From contig OZ024741.1 in the NCBI GenBank assembly GCA_964016885.1, positions 407,154,001 to 407,218,000 of the forward strand: a stretch of 64,000 bases of DNA, written 5' to 3'. Source of the DNA: Eledone cirrhosa (taxonomy: Eukaryota). How positions within the stretch are numbered: position 1 is the first letter of the stretch; each line of letters opens with the position of its first letter. Under the pieces are notes generated by a model, which searched no databases, was not told where the DNA came from, and worked only from the letters and a program-made list of their open reading frames with translations. Of the stretch, positions 63,584-64,000 are shown one piece after another. The position numbers and the translations under genes were made by a program.

Positions 63584-64000
63584 ATATATATATATATATT
63601 TCGATCTGGTGCTGGGTAAATCCTCAGGAGGAAGTTGCCGGCTTTTCTATACAAGCTTTAAGCCTACCTGTCTATCTCTACACAGGTAAATTTCAAATCA
63701 AGTAGTATTTTGGTTATTATAATTATCCATCCTGAGCGTATAAAAGATCTCGGTTGTATAAAAATTCAGAGCCTAGTATTCCGGAACGAATACCACGAAT
63801 CAATCATTCATCGCTCTGCCGACTCAACCAACCCACAGCCTATTATTTTTATGTCTGATATAGCCGTTAAAGCCTCAAATCATACGTGAGGTTCAAATAC
63901 AGCCACTAATCCACTGAGTTAAAATATGTGTTATATAATACAGTTCGGGGCCGGTTGAAACGATCATGTTTTTGACTACCTGTTGAAACCGTTTTCTTAC

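Overview
Eukaryotic, very microsatellite-rich genomic DNA, most likely from an octopus or other cephalopod (inferred from the neurofilament protein, the SINE family and the (TA)n/(CA)n/(ACT)n density). The only host gene I can support is exon 1 of an invertebrate intermediate-filament gene resembling squid neurofilament NF60/NF70/NF220 (ATG 47004, donor after 47536), preceded by a CCAAT/TATA/Inr core promoter and followed by an intron apparently longer than 16 kb. Nearly all listed ORFs are microsatellite artefacts. The rest is mobile DNA: many tRNA-derived SINEs (several with TSDs), a decayed Tx1/L1-type LINE, RTE fragments, a mariner relic, MITEs, and a 60-bp minisatellite amplified from a Tc1 transposase C-terminus. 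The most striking hidden structure is a set of about eight mutually dissimilar 100-500 bp element families, almost all embedded in (TA)n tracts. They carry minimal type-I hammerhead ribozyme folds (CUGAUGA...GAAA, mostly palindromic stem III, covarying stems) and occur in fold-back inverted arrangements. Most share a TGRGTRCT motif about 30-65 nt from the 3' end. They are most consistent with microsatellite-targeting Penelope-like retroelement termini or non-autonomous ribozyme retroelements. All folds were read by eye; no computation or database search was run.
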